17,631 nt of DNA, from contig CAVZKL010000003.1 in the NCBI GenBank assembly GCA_963775895.1, positions 1 to 17,631 of the forward strand, in the 5' to 3' direction. Position 1 is the first letter of the stretch. Every line of letters starts with the position of its first letter. Made by a program: the position numbers and the translations under genes. Of the stretch, positions 1-8,538 are shown one piece after another. The stretch comes from Candidatus Bathyarchaeota archaeon. Its GTDB lineage: Archaea > Thermoproteota > Bathyarchaeia > Bathyarchaeales > Bathycorpusculaceae. Below the pieces are notes generated by a model, which saw nothing but the letters and a program-made list of their open reading frames with translations, ran no database searches and was not told where the DNA came from.

Positions 1-2
1 AC

Positions 3-872
3 GACAGCGTCCCAGGTTTCAAGCAGAGTCTCGACAATGCCGAGGCCGAGTTGAAACTGGCAATCTACAACGGCACGAGCCTATGGGACTCAGGCTTCAC
101 CATGGAATTGGCATACAACAGCGGAAACGACATTAGAAAAATAGCCTGCACCATGATGGCTGCATTCTTCACGCAACTGCAGACCTACAATGGCAGAACG
201 GGACACGGCTTCATAGTCCAAGTGAAAGAGGAACTTTGGGACCTATTCTTAGCAGAGCAGAGGGCACATAAACTGCCAATGTACGACGTAGGATGGCTAG
301 CTGACTTTGCAGACGCGGACGATTTCGTTCGCCCCTACATGTACAGCGCAGGAAACTACGCGTTCGGACAGAGATACACGGCCGCAAACGGTTGGGGCTC
401 ACTGAAAGACGTTCTCATCGATCAAGCAGTGTTAACCCCGGACGGGCCGGCAAGACAGGCAATATACCAACAGCTCCAACTGATCTACTACAACGACTGC
501 CCAAGCGTTCCAATCAATAACCCAAGAGGCAGAATATGGGAATGGTACTGGGTTAAAGGATACTACTACGATGCAGTGTACCCAGGCAGATTCTACTACG
601 TCCATTGGAAGCAGGATAACCCATGGTACGACATCAGCGGTAGCACAGCAGGGATCTCAGACAGCGTTGTCAACATGAAGGACATCGCCTACCTGATCGC
701 CAAGTTCAACGCTAAAGCACCAGTTCCAGGCCTGCCGACAGATCCGAAGTGGCAAGGAAACTACGGTGCAAACGGCGGAGTTGATCCGTATGGAGACCGC
801 GTCTCCAACATGAAAGACATCGCAGGTGCCATCCAAAACTTCAACGCACACGGTGGCTCAGGCCATCCATAA
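3..872 (+). CDS. oppA: ABC transporter substrate-binding protein, family 5 (OppA/DppA-like), 5'-truncated, with C-terminal dockerin-like module
   Basis: The frame is open from base 3 (DSVPGFKQSLDNAEAELKL...), so 51 is not the real start. Family-5 C-terminal motifs GWLADFADADDF and RQAIYQQLQLIYYNDCPSVP; lies upstream of oppBCDF; ends with two NMKDIA repeats. Confidence 0.88.
   Translation, partial: DSVPGFKQSLDNAEAELKLAIYNGTSLWDSGFTMELAYNSGNDIRKIACTMMAAFFTQLQTYNGRTGHGFIVQVKEELWDLFLAEQRAHKLPMYDVGWLADFADADDFVRPYMYSAGNYAFGQRYTAANGWGSLKDVLIDQAVLTPDGPARQAIYQQLQLIYYNDCPSVPINNPRGRIWEWYWVKGYYYDAVYPGRFYYVHWKQDNPWYDISGSTAGISDSVVNMKDIAYLIAKFNAKAPVPGLPTDPKWQGNYGANGGVDPYGDRVSNMKDIAGAIQNFNAHGGSGHP
627..851 (+). 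other. Dockerin-like domain at the C-terminus of the substrate-binding protein
   Basis: DISGSTAGISDSVVNMKDIAYLIAKFN ... DPKW ... VDPYGDRVSNMKDIAGAIQNFN: duplicated Ca-loop plus helix, matching the clearer dockerins at 8254-8430 and 10283-10465. The first loop has an insertion. Confidence 0.8.
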
Positions 873-904
873 GCAGACAACCAGAGAACCTACAAACCTA
901 ACAT

Positions 905-914
905 CCCCTTTTTT
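905..914 (+). terminator. Archaeal oligo-T terminator candidate
   Basis: CCCCTTTTTT about 35 nt after the oppA stop; the same C-rich plus T-run pattern follows three other genes. Confidence 0.55.
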
Positions 915-996
915 CATTCTATCAAGTGTCGAAAGGACTTACACTTTTCAGGTTCAATTCTCAAAAACGTCGCTTGGCTTGATATGCAAGGACGGA

Positions 997-1013
997 GCGG
1001 CAAGGTTATAAAT
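997..1013 (+). promoter_or_regulatory. BRE/TATA promoter candidate for oppBCDF
   Basis: GCGGCAAGGTTATAAAT starts 56 nt before ATG 1053; near match at 10521. Confidence 0.6.
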
Positions 1014-1052
1014 TCCTAAATGCCTTCCTATACGCTAAGGCGAGGCAGCTAG

Positions 1053-2102
1053 ATGGGACTTAGAGAGTACATAATTCGACGGTTGCTCCTACTAATCCCC
1101 ATTATGTTAGGTGTTGTTGTGCTGATTTTTGCCGTGGTCCAGTTTGTTGACCCATATCAGAGAGTGACGCTCTACCTCAGAAACCCAAGAGAAAACGACC
1201 CACTTGTGATCGCGAAATTCATTCATGCCTATGGACTGGATGCTCCAGTATATGTACAATTCTACGATTGGATTGTTTCGATGCTGCAAGGAAATTTCGG
1301 ATATTCTGCATACTATAGGGAGATGGTGTTGCCTGGTTTACTGTCAAGAGTCCCAGCCACCCTCGAGATCGTGCTGTTTTCTGCTCCGATAGTAATATTG
1401 GTTGGAATTTGGCTCGGCGTCAAGTCTGCAGTGCAGAAGGACAAACCGTTTGATCAACTGACGAGGATCTTATCAATACTCGGTACGTCTTTGCCATCAT
1501 TTTTCTTTGGAATTGTGCTTTCAGCGATTTTCATAGCACAGTTGAGATGGGTCACCTCTGGGAGGCTCACGCCGATTATGGGGACAGCATGGTCCCTCAT
1601 GAAGAATGCGAATACGTGGCACGTCTACACGGGTCTACTAACGGTGGATTCGCTTCTGAACGGCAGACTTGACTATTTTGTCGATGCACTAGAACATTTG
1701 ATCCTTCCAGTCACGGTCCTGGTGTTTATTCAAACCGCCGTACTAGTAAGAGTGACACGTTCAAGTATGCTTGAAGCTCTGAGCAAAACATACATTACAG
1801 CGGCAAGAGCAAAGGGGCTTTCAAGGAACGAGGTAATATACAAACACGCAAGGAGAAACGCGTTGATTCCTGTAGTGACGATTTCAGGTCTTCTTGTGGG
1901 AGGAATGATGACAGGGCTCGTGATTACCGAAACCGTGTTTCTATTTCCAGGCATAGGGCAATGGGCTGCAACGGCGGCACAGAACTTCGACGTGTCGGTA
2001 GTAATCATCTACGCTCTTTTTTCCGCAGCCATTTTCGTGCTCGCCAATCTGATTGTGGACGTACTATACGCTTACATAGATCCTAGAATCCGCTTGGGAT
2101 GA
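1053..2102 (+). CDS. oppB: Oligopeptide/dipeptide ABC transporter permease (OppB/DppB)
   Basis: N-terminal YIIRRLL, GLDAPVYVQFYDW..GNFGYS, EAA-like YITAARAKGL, HARRNALIP, C-terminal YAYIDPRIR. Confidence 0.95.
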   Translation: MGLREYIIRRLLLLIPIMLGVVVLIFAVVQFVDPYQRVTLYLRNPRENDPLVIAKFIHAYGLDAPVYVQFYDWIVSMLQGNFGYSAYYREMVLPGLLSRVPATLEIVLFSAPIVILVGIWLGVKSAVQKDKPFDQLTRILSILGTSLPSFFFGIVLSAIFIAQLRWVTSGRLTPIMGTAWSLMKNANTWHVYTGLLTVDSLLNGRLDYFVDALEHLILPVTVLVFIQTAVLVRVTRSSMLEALSKTYITAARAKGLSRNEVIYKHARRNALIPVVTISGLLVGGMMTGLVITETVFLFPGIGQWAATAAQNFDVSVVIIYALFSAAIFVLANLIVDVLYAYIDPRIRLG

Positions 2103-3064
2103 TCCTGCAAATGACTTCAACAGAAAGCAAGGAGAATTTCAGAAATAGAATTCAGCCTTCAATCAAGGAATTCAAATTCATACTGACGCGCATTTTGAAG
2201 AGTCCACTCTCAATCGCAGGAATTATACTCATTATTTACAATGTGGTCCTTGCCGTGTTTGCTCCGATAATCGCTCCGAACACGACCGGTGTCCCCTCGC
2301 TTGACCCATACATGATTCCCAGGGATCCGAAGGCTGGATTCTGGATGGAGCCCGTCATGCCTACCCCTAGCCATTTGCTCGGGACTACGAGCGCGCAGGT
2401 GGATTTGTATTACGGATGCGTATGGGGAACGAGGTTTGCTTTTCAAATTGGACTCGAAGTCATAGTTAGCACCCTTTTGATTGGTCTGATTCTAGGACTT
2501 CTGGCAGGATATTACGGAGGGTTCATCGACGAAGTGATAATGCGTTTCACAGACATAATTCTGGCTTTTCCAGGCTTGATTCTTGCAATGGTCTTCGTGT
2601 CGGTACTCAGCAAATCAGGTTGGAGTACAATCAATGCTGCCATTCTTTCAATAATACTAATAGGGTGGCCTGGCTACACACGATTGATCCGCGGAGAAGT
2701 CCTGAGAGTGAGAGGTGAAGACTACGTAGAAGCCGCGAGGGCTTCGGGTGCCTCAGATTTGAGAATTATTGGGAGACATATTCTGCCAAACTCCATCTAC
2801 TCGGTCATAATCGTTGCATCGCTGGACTTTGGATCAATTGTGTTGACAGCCGCCGCTCTCAGTTTTCTTGGCTTAGGATCACCACCAGGCTATGCGGACT
2901 GGGGACGGTTAATATTCGATGGAGTTCCATACGCAGGCAACGGGCTTCAATACTGGTGGACCTTCATTTACCCAGGAATCTTCATAGTAATCTTCACTAT
3001 GGGATGGAACCTGCTTGGCGACGCGTTAAGAGATGTTCTCGACCCGCTTTCAAGGAGGAAATGA
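2099..3064 (+). CDS. oppC: Oligopeptide/dipeptide ABC transporter permease (OppC/DppC)
   Basis: HLLGT, MRFTDIILAFP, YVEAARASGAS, HILPN, LSFLGLG, LLGDALRDVLDP; ATGA overlap with the oppB stop. Confidence 0.95.
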   Translation: MILQMTSTESKENFRNRIQPSIKEFKFILTRILKSPLSIAGIILIIYNVVLAVFAPIIAPNTTGVPSLDPYMIPRDPKAGFWMEPVMPTPSHLLGTTSAQVDLYYGCVWGTRFAFQIGLEVIVSTLLIGLILGLLAGYYGGFIDEVIMRFTDIILAFPGLILAMVFVSVLSKSGWSTINAAILSIILIGWPGYTRLIRGEVLRVRGEDYVEAARASGASDLRIIGRHILPNSIYSVIIVASLDFGSIVLTAAALSFLGLGSPPGYADWGRLIFDGVPYAGNGLQYWWTFIYPGIFIVIFTMGWNLLGDALRDVLDPLSRRK

Positions 3065-4228
3065 CCTACGGAAAATCAGCAAAATGTGGCGCAGATAAAG
3101 GACTTGTATCTCAACTTCTATACCTACGATGGCGTTGTGAAGGCCCTAGATGGAATAACTCTCGACATCAAAAAGGGTGAAATCTTGGGACTCGTGGGCG
3201 AGACGGGATCCGGGAAGAGTGTCACGTCTCTATCGCTCTTGTCAATAGTCATTCCACCTGGGAGAATAGAGAAGGGACAAGTTGAAATCAGCCTCAAAGG
3301 CAAAATCTACGACCTTCTGAGCATGAACGATGCGACGATGACGCGAGTCAGAGGAAGATACATTTCAATGATATTCCAAGAACCCAGAGCCGCGCTGAAC
3401 CCTGTCTACACCATAGGTGATCAGATAGCAGAAGTGTTCTACCACCATCGAAAAGCCGAACTGATTGAAAGCGCTATCGCGCAGCTCAAAATGGACCTGG
3501 AGATCGCGTCAGGTCTGAAAAGTGCGATATACAAACGCGAACTCTCACTCTATGAAAAGATGCGAGATCACCCGAAATCCCGTACTCTATGGGTGGCTCT
3601 GAAGATCCCGCTTGTAAATCGCTTCAGGAATAGGATGAAAGGAGCGGCTAGAAAATTCATAGTAGAGATGCTCAAATCCCTCAACATCCCTGACCCAGGG
3701 AGAGTCATTGACATGTATCCGCATGAATTGAGCGGCGGCATGGCTCAGCGAGCGGTCATAGCTATGTCTTTGTCCTGCAATCCCGTGATGTTAATCGCGG
3801 ACGAACCGACGACAAGTTTGGATGTGACCGTTCAAGCTCAGATACTCCTGTTGATCAAAGATCTTCAAAGGAGACTACACACGTCGATTCTCTACGTGAC
3901 TCACGACCTTGGCGTCGTGGCGGAGACTTGCGACCGAGTGGCAGTTCTGTATGCTGGAAACGTTGCAGAGATAGCAGGCGTGATGGACCTGTTTAAGAAG
4001 CCGTTACATCCTTACACTCAAGCACTGTTGAAGTCCATTCCAAGGCCTGGGCAGAAGTTCGTTTCAATACGGGGCACCGTTCCTAGCCTCGTCAGCCCAC
4101 CCACAGGCTGTCGATTCTATGATAGATGCGACTACGCTCACGACAGATGCATACACGTAGAACCAGAACTAATCGAAATCGAAAAGGGCCATTTCGTGTC
4201 ATGTCACCTTTACTATGGAGAGAACTAG
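3061..4228 (+). CDS. oppD: Oligopeptide/dipeptide ABC transporter ATPase (OppD/DppD); start at ATG 3061 with a +1 indel, or GTG 3086
   Basis: Walker A GETGSGKS, signature LSGGMAQR, Walker B IADEPTTSLD, HPYT, C-terminal GCRFYDRC..C..VSCHLY. AGGAGG precedes ATG 3061 (ATGA overlap with oppC); removing one base near 3066 gives MTTENQQNVAQIKDL. Confidence 0.92.
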
Positions 4229-4229
4229 A

Positions 4230-5279
4230 ATGGAAAACTTGATGACGGTCGAAGCCCTGAAGAAATACTTCCCAGTCATGGGTGGGGTTCTGAGGAAAAA
4301 GGTCGCTGACGTAAAAGCCGTCGATGACGTGACATTCAACATATACAAAGGCGAAACCTTCGGGGTTGTCGGAGAATCAGGATGCGGGAAGACCACCCTC
4401 GCAAAAACCTTGATAAGACTGCTCAACCCGAACGCTGGCCACATCTTCTACAACATTCCAGAGGACGTGGCCGAATCGATCAGGTCTCTCGAGAAAGACA
4501 ACCCGAAATCAAAAACCCTGAAGAATTTGCTCAGGCAGTACGATCACGCGTACGCTTCAGGCTCACGTCTGAGGAAGCTCAGGCGACACATGCAAATAGT
4601 CTATCAGGACCCTACAACGTCTCTCGACCCCAGAATGCTCGTTAAAGACATTGTCGGCGAACCGCTCGTCGCTCAAGGTCTTCAGAAAGGAGGCAGCACC
4701 ATCGGACGCGTGCTGGAGACACTGGAAATGGTCGGTCTGAATGATAAGCACCTTTACCGTTATCCTCACGAGTTCAGCGGTGGACAACGCCAGAGAATCG
4801 CCGTAGCCCGTGCGATAATCACCAGCCCAGAGTTCATCGTTCTTGATGAACCAACCTCCTCCGTTGACGTGTCCGTGAGAGCACAGTTATTGAACATGTT
4901 TCAGGATCTGCAGAAAAACTTGGGGTTAACCTACATGTTCATCAGCCACGACTTGAGCGTTGTCGAATGCATAAGCGACAGAGTCGCCGTGATGTACCTA
5001 GGAAAGATCGTTGAACAAGCGAAGACTAGCGAACTCTACAAGAACCCGCTGCATCCTTACGCTCAGGCCTTGTTCAACTCCATTCCAGTTCCTGATCCTA
5101 CGAGGCGCAGGGAGCGTGCACCGCTTTCTGGAGAACCTCCGAGCCCCGTGAATCCGCCTGCAGGCTGCAGATTTCACCCGCGTTGCTCGCTCGCGACGAA
5201 CACTTGTGAACGTGAGGAACCCCCGCTCATCGATGTTGGCAATGAACATTACGTTGCATGCTTCGCAGTGAACCAGTGA
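4230..5279 (+). CDS. oppF: Oligopeptide/dipeptide ABC transporter ATPase (OppF/DppF)
   Basis: LKKYFPV..VKAVDDV, GESGCGKT, FSGGQRQR, LDEPTSSVD, GCRFHPRC..C..YVACF. ATG 4230 follows GGAG at 4217-4220; ATG 4215 is the alternative. Confidence 0.94.
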   Translation: MENLMTVEALKKYFPVMGGVLRKKVADVKAVDDVTFNIYKGETFGVVGESGCGKTTLAKTLIRLLNPNAGHIFYNIPEDVAESIRSLEKDNPKSKTLKNLLRQYDHAYASGSRLRKLRRHMQIVYQDPTTSLDPRMLVKDIVGEPLVAQGLQKGGSTIGRVLETLEMVGLNDKHLYRYPHEFSGGQRQRIAVARAIITSPEFIVLDEPTSSVDVSVRAQLLNMFQDLQKNLGLTYMFISHDLSVVECISDRVAVMYLGKIVEQAKTSELYKNPLHPYAQALFNSIPVPDPTRRRERAPLSGEPPSPVNPPAGCRFHPRCSLATNTCEREEPPLIDVGNEHYVACFAVNQ

Positions 5280-5330
5280 TCGAATTTCTCCATGCTTGCT
5301 TCTGGATGGACGAGAGGGCATAGAAGATTA

Positions 5331-5346
5331 TTCCGTAATCCTTAAA
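5331..5346 (+). promoter_or_regulatory. BRE/TATA-like promoter motif TTCCnnAAnnCTTAAA, copy 1
   Basis: TTCCGTAATCCTTAAA, 68 nt before ATG 5399, followed by a purine-rich leader (AAGGAGAAGGGAG). Confidence 0.7.
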
Positions 5347-5398
5347 TCAGCAGACAGCAGTGTTTCATATTGCAAATAAGGAGAAGGGAGAAAGAAAG

Positions 5399-7319
5399 AT
5401 GAACAAATTTAGCAAAGTCTCTAGCTATGTGCTTATCGCTATGCTACTACTAGGCGTATTCTTCGTCGCAGCACCAGGAGTCAAAGCAGCAGCCAACAAT
5501 GATGTCCGTCGTCAACCCACTTGATGGTACGAACAACTTCTTCTTCACAACATCACAGAAGAATGTAGGAGACACTTTCGACATAAACATAACAATCACC
5601 GACGTTGCAGAGCTGTCCGGTTGGCAAGCAGGTATCAGCTGGGATCCATCGCTTCTAGACTTCGTTTGCCTTTAATCTTCCAGCAGACAACGTGTTCGCA
5701 TACGGCGGACCCATACCCGCCTGATTCTAGTCGTGCCAGGGTATATCGTGGGAGGTGCAAACCTCGGTGCAAGTGCTACGCACAACTTCACTGGCTCAGG
5801 AACACTCGGTGTCCTGACTCTGAAGATAATCCAAGCGGTCGGGTAAATCCCACCGACCAGCGTTGCATGCCCACTTGCATTCCAAAGCATCGGGTCAGAC
5901 ACATTCCTGTTGAGCGGGCTTGGCGGCCATTCCGTTCACGCCTGTCAGCGGAGCTTTCCAGTACTATTGGGTGCAACCGCCCAACGTTCCAAAACTGTAC
6001 ATGGTTCCATCGCTGATAAAGCCAGCCAAGAATAGGTGACACGTTCTCAGTCTCCATCTACACGGACAATGTCTACGCAGGCTGGGAAATAACTGCGTTC
6101 CAGTTCAGCATCATGTGGAACACCACACTGATTGACCAGCGGCGATCCATATCTTTGCAAACGGAACTTTCCTTGAAACATTCCGGTATGCAGCACCACC
6201 AGGCGGCGTCATCTACGCAGAAGACCTCAACACTCACATTCGTGTACCACCACTGAGCCCCATTCCAGCCGACTACAACTACTCAATAGTCGGTGAACTT
6301 CTGCTGCCAGACTTCGCACCACCGTACAACGGTACATATCACGCACCGTATTCCAAGCGGTGGAGGACTACTCGGCACATTCTACTTCACTGCCCTACTG
6401 GACACGCTTTCACCGACCATAATCACTTCTTCAATAGACTTCATCGCTGAAGACGTCCTCGCACTGAACCACTACAACACCAACATAGGATTCACGAACT
6501 CTCACAGGCGCTGCTTATCAGGCGCCGCAGAAAGTGCTGGGCGTGTCAATAGACCTGTACACGCAGTATCCATACCCATACGGCGGACAAGGCGGAAACC
6601 AGACGAGCGACAGCTTCGGTCCACAGCAGTTGGTTCAACTGTTCGCACTGGTCACTTACAACGAGTTCCCAGTACAACAGAAGCTTGTGGGCTACCAGAT
6701 ACACCACGTAGCAACCGCAGACGGAACGATCTACGACTTCGCGAGAGAGGGCACAACGGACGCTGACGGCATCGCAGAGGTTGACTTCAGGCTTCCGTGG
6801 CCATGCGCAGACCCAGTCGGACAGATATTCGGCTGGTGGTACGTCAACGCAACAGTCGATGTTGCTGGACAGACCGTTGTTGACAACCTAAGATTCTGGG
6901 TATGGTGGCCCGTTCAAGTCGTAAGTGTCGAACCGAAATTCACCAGCATCAACCAAACCAAGTACCAACAACACGAAGGCTCAATGAGTTTCGAAATGGT
7001 CTATCTGACATACAGCATGCAGCCACAGAACGTACTGCTCACAGGAACAGTCTACGATGAACTGGGCTTCTTCGTCGGATCAGCCTTCACGTCGGCAACC
7101 GTTTCAGATCCTGCAGCAAACTACCCACCGGACATGATGCCAGGAAACCCGACACCAGCGACGTTCACATGGGACTTCTCGATTCCACTGACAACCAACG
7201 CTGTAGTCGGTAAGGGCAAAGTGTTCGGCGACGCATTCAGCAACTGGCCATGGTACGGAGGCGTACCATACTGCCCAGAAGTCACGAACACGCAAGACTT
7301 CTACATAACGAAGCCATAG
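5399..7319 (+). CDS. Secreted protein of about 635 aa with two cohesin-like domains and a C-terminal GG-x-x-YCPE module; frameshifted in this sequence (probable sequencing errors, otherwise a pseudogene)
   Basis: Signal peptide MNKFSKVSSYVLIAMLLLGVFFVAAPGVKA. Stitching frames gives VNPLDGTNNFFFTTSQKNVGDTFDINITI..WQAGISWDPSLL..LPADNVFAYGGP..HNFTGSGTLGVLTLKIIQ..DTFLLSGL, colinear with the 8539 protein. A second cohesin-like unit (GDTFSVSI..FQFSIMWNTTLI..GGGLLGTFYF) joins the clean ORF 6501-7319. Confidence 0.8.
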
Positions 7320-7344
7320 AAAGCGGACTGACACCAAAACAACT

Positions 7345-7361
7345 CCCCCATTTTTTATTTT
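7345..7361 (+). terminator. Archaeal oligo-T terminator candidate
   Basis: CCCCCATTTTTTATTTT after the stop at 7319. Confidence 0.55.
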
Positions 7362-7380
7362 AACCCTGCATGAAAGAATA

Positions 7381-7396
7381 TTCCAGAATCCTTAAA
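7381..7396 (+). promoter_or_regulatory. BRE/TATA-like promoter motif, copy 2
   Basis: TTCCAGAATCCTTAAA, 54 nt before ATG 7435; 14/16 identical to copy 1. Confidence 0.7.
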
Positions 7397-7434
7397 TCAA
7401 TAGGAGAGCAGTCATTCCTAAGAGGTACACTCAA

Positions 7435-8442
7435 ATGCAGTCGACAAGGTCATCGGTTTGGACTTCTTGCTTGATTTCATTACTCATCGTGCTTCTTTCC
7501 ACCAGCCTTGCGGTTGCAGCTCCCGTGTTGGACCTCAAGATAACATTGGATCACACTAACAGCGCCTTTAGTTTCCTCGGAAAACAAGTGTACACTGCAA
7601 ATGAAGGAATCATAATCTCCGCAAACGTAACGTTGGATGGAAACGCCTCAGCAAATCTGGCAGCAATCGAGATAGACTCCCCGAGCCTAAACTCTTTCTT
7701 GATAAGAACAGTCAAGACTGGAAACGTCTCAAAAATGTATTTTCGAGTCAAATTCCTGGACATGTACACTTGTAATCAGTACGGAAACCCGAAGACCGTC
7801 TTCAACGCTGGCGAATCAGTCTGGGTCAACTTTACTATGCAGAACATCGACACCATCACGCACACAGTCCTGGTTGGAATGTACGCCCAGGCTTCAGATA
7901 ACACACCCTTATACGCCTACTATCCTGACGCTGAAAACGTCAGTGCCGGGTCCACGATTCAGCATCTTGCGTCACTGCCTACACCACCCGACGCTCCCAC
8001 AGGTCAGGCAGAGGTCTTCATGAGTCTTTTCACAGATTTCCCAGTGAACGGCGGATACGCATACTGTCCAGAACAGGCTGCAAACTTTTCAATCGGAACA
8101 TCGACGCCCGCAATGCCCCCACAACCAGACTACGTTAACATGACCTTTAATTTGCCGAAGAGAAACGTGAAACTTGGAAACTACACCGTTCATGCAGCCA
8201 CAAACTTCGAGGTGCTGCAAACCAGAACCGACACCAAACAGTTTATGGTGATATTGCTAGGAGACATCAACAACGACCACGTCATAAACATGAAAGACAT
8301 CGCATTCTGCGTCTCACTCTTTCAAACCACGCCGAGCTCCCCAAACTGGAACGCGGCGGCGGATGTGAACAAGGACGGAGTAGTTAACATGCGCGATATT
8401 GGAATGCTCGTTTCGTTCTTCACGTTCAGTGCGATCCCCTAA
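7435..8442 (+). CDS. Secreted beta-rich protein with GG-x-x-YCPE module and C-terminal dockerin
   Basis: Signal peptide ending SLAVA; FPVNGGYAYCPE; C-terminal GDINNDHVINMKDIAFCVSLF..PNWNAAADVNKDGVVNMRDIGMLVSFF. Confidence 0.88.
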   Translation: MQSTRSSVWTSCLISLLIVLLSTSLAVAAPVLDLKITLDHTNSAFSFLGKQVYTANEGIIISANVTLDGNASANLAAIEIDSPSLNSFLIRTVKTGNVSKMYFRVKFLDMYTCNQYGNPKTVFNAGESVWVNFTMQNIDTITHTVLVGMYAQASDNTPLYAYYPDAENVSAGSTIQHLASLPTPPDAPTGQAEVFMSLFTDFPVNGGYAYCPEQAANFSIGTSTPAMPPQPDYVNMTFNLPKRNVKLGNYTVHAATNFEVLQTRTDTKQFMVILLGDINNDHVINMKDIAFCVSLFQTTPSSPNWNAAADVNKDGVVNMRDIGMLVSFFTFSAIP

Positions 8443-8468
8443 CGAAACGAATTTTGATGTGAATTTTG

Positions 8469-8484
8469 TTCCAGAACACTTAAA
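8469..8484 (+). promoter_or_regulatory. BRE/TATA-like promoter motif, copy 3
   Basis: TTCCAGAACACTTAAA, 70 nt before TTG 8539; purine-rich leader like that at 5378-5398. Confidence 0.7.
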
Positions 8485-8538
8485 TGGTTAAACAAACAGC
8501 TTCTTCTATTAACGAAAGGAGAAAGGGAAGAGGAGAAT

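Noticed and set aside
5495-6500. Programmed frameshifting or phase variation
   Set aside because: There are too many shifts, and they do not sit in long homopolymers or slippery heptamers.
5621-6766. Track ORFs 5621-6016, 5672-5902, 5788-6057 and 6293-6766 as independent genes
   Set aside because: They are off-frame or antisense shadows of the frameshifted 5399-7319 gene; only 6350-6499 is in the true frame.
8254-8430. Calmodulin-type EF-hand calcium sensor
   Set aside because: The loops start at GD after a beta strand with no preceding E helix and occur as a terminal pair in secreted proteins, which is the dockerin pattern.
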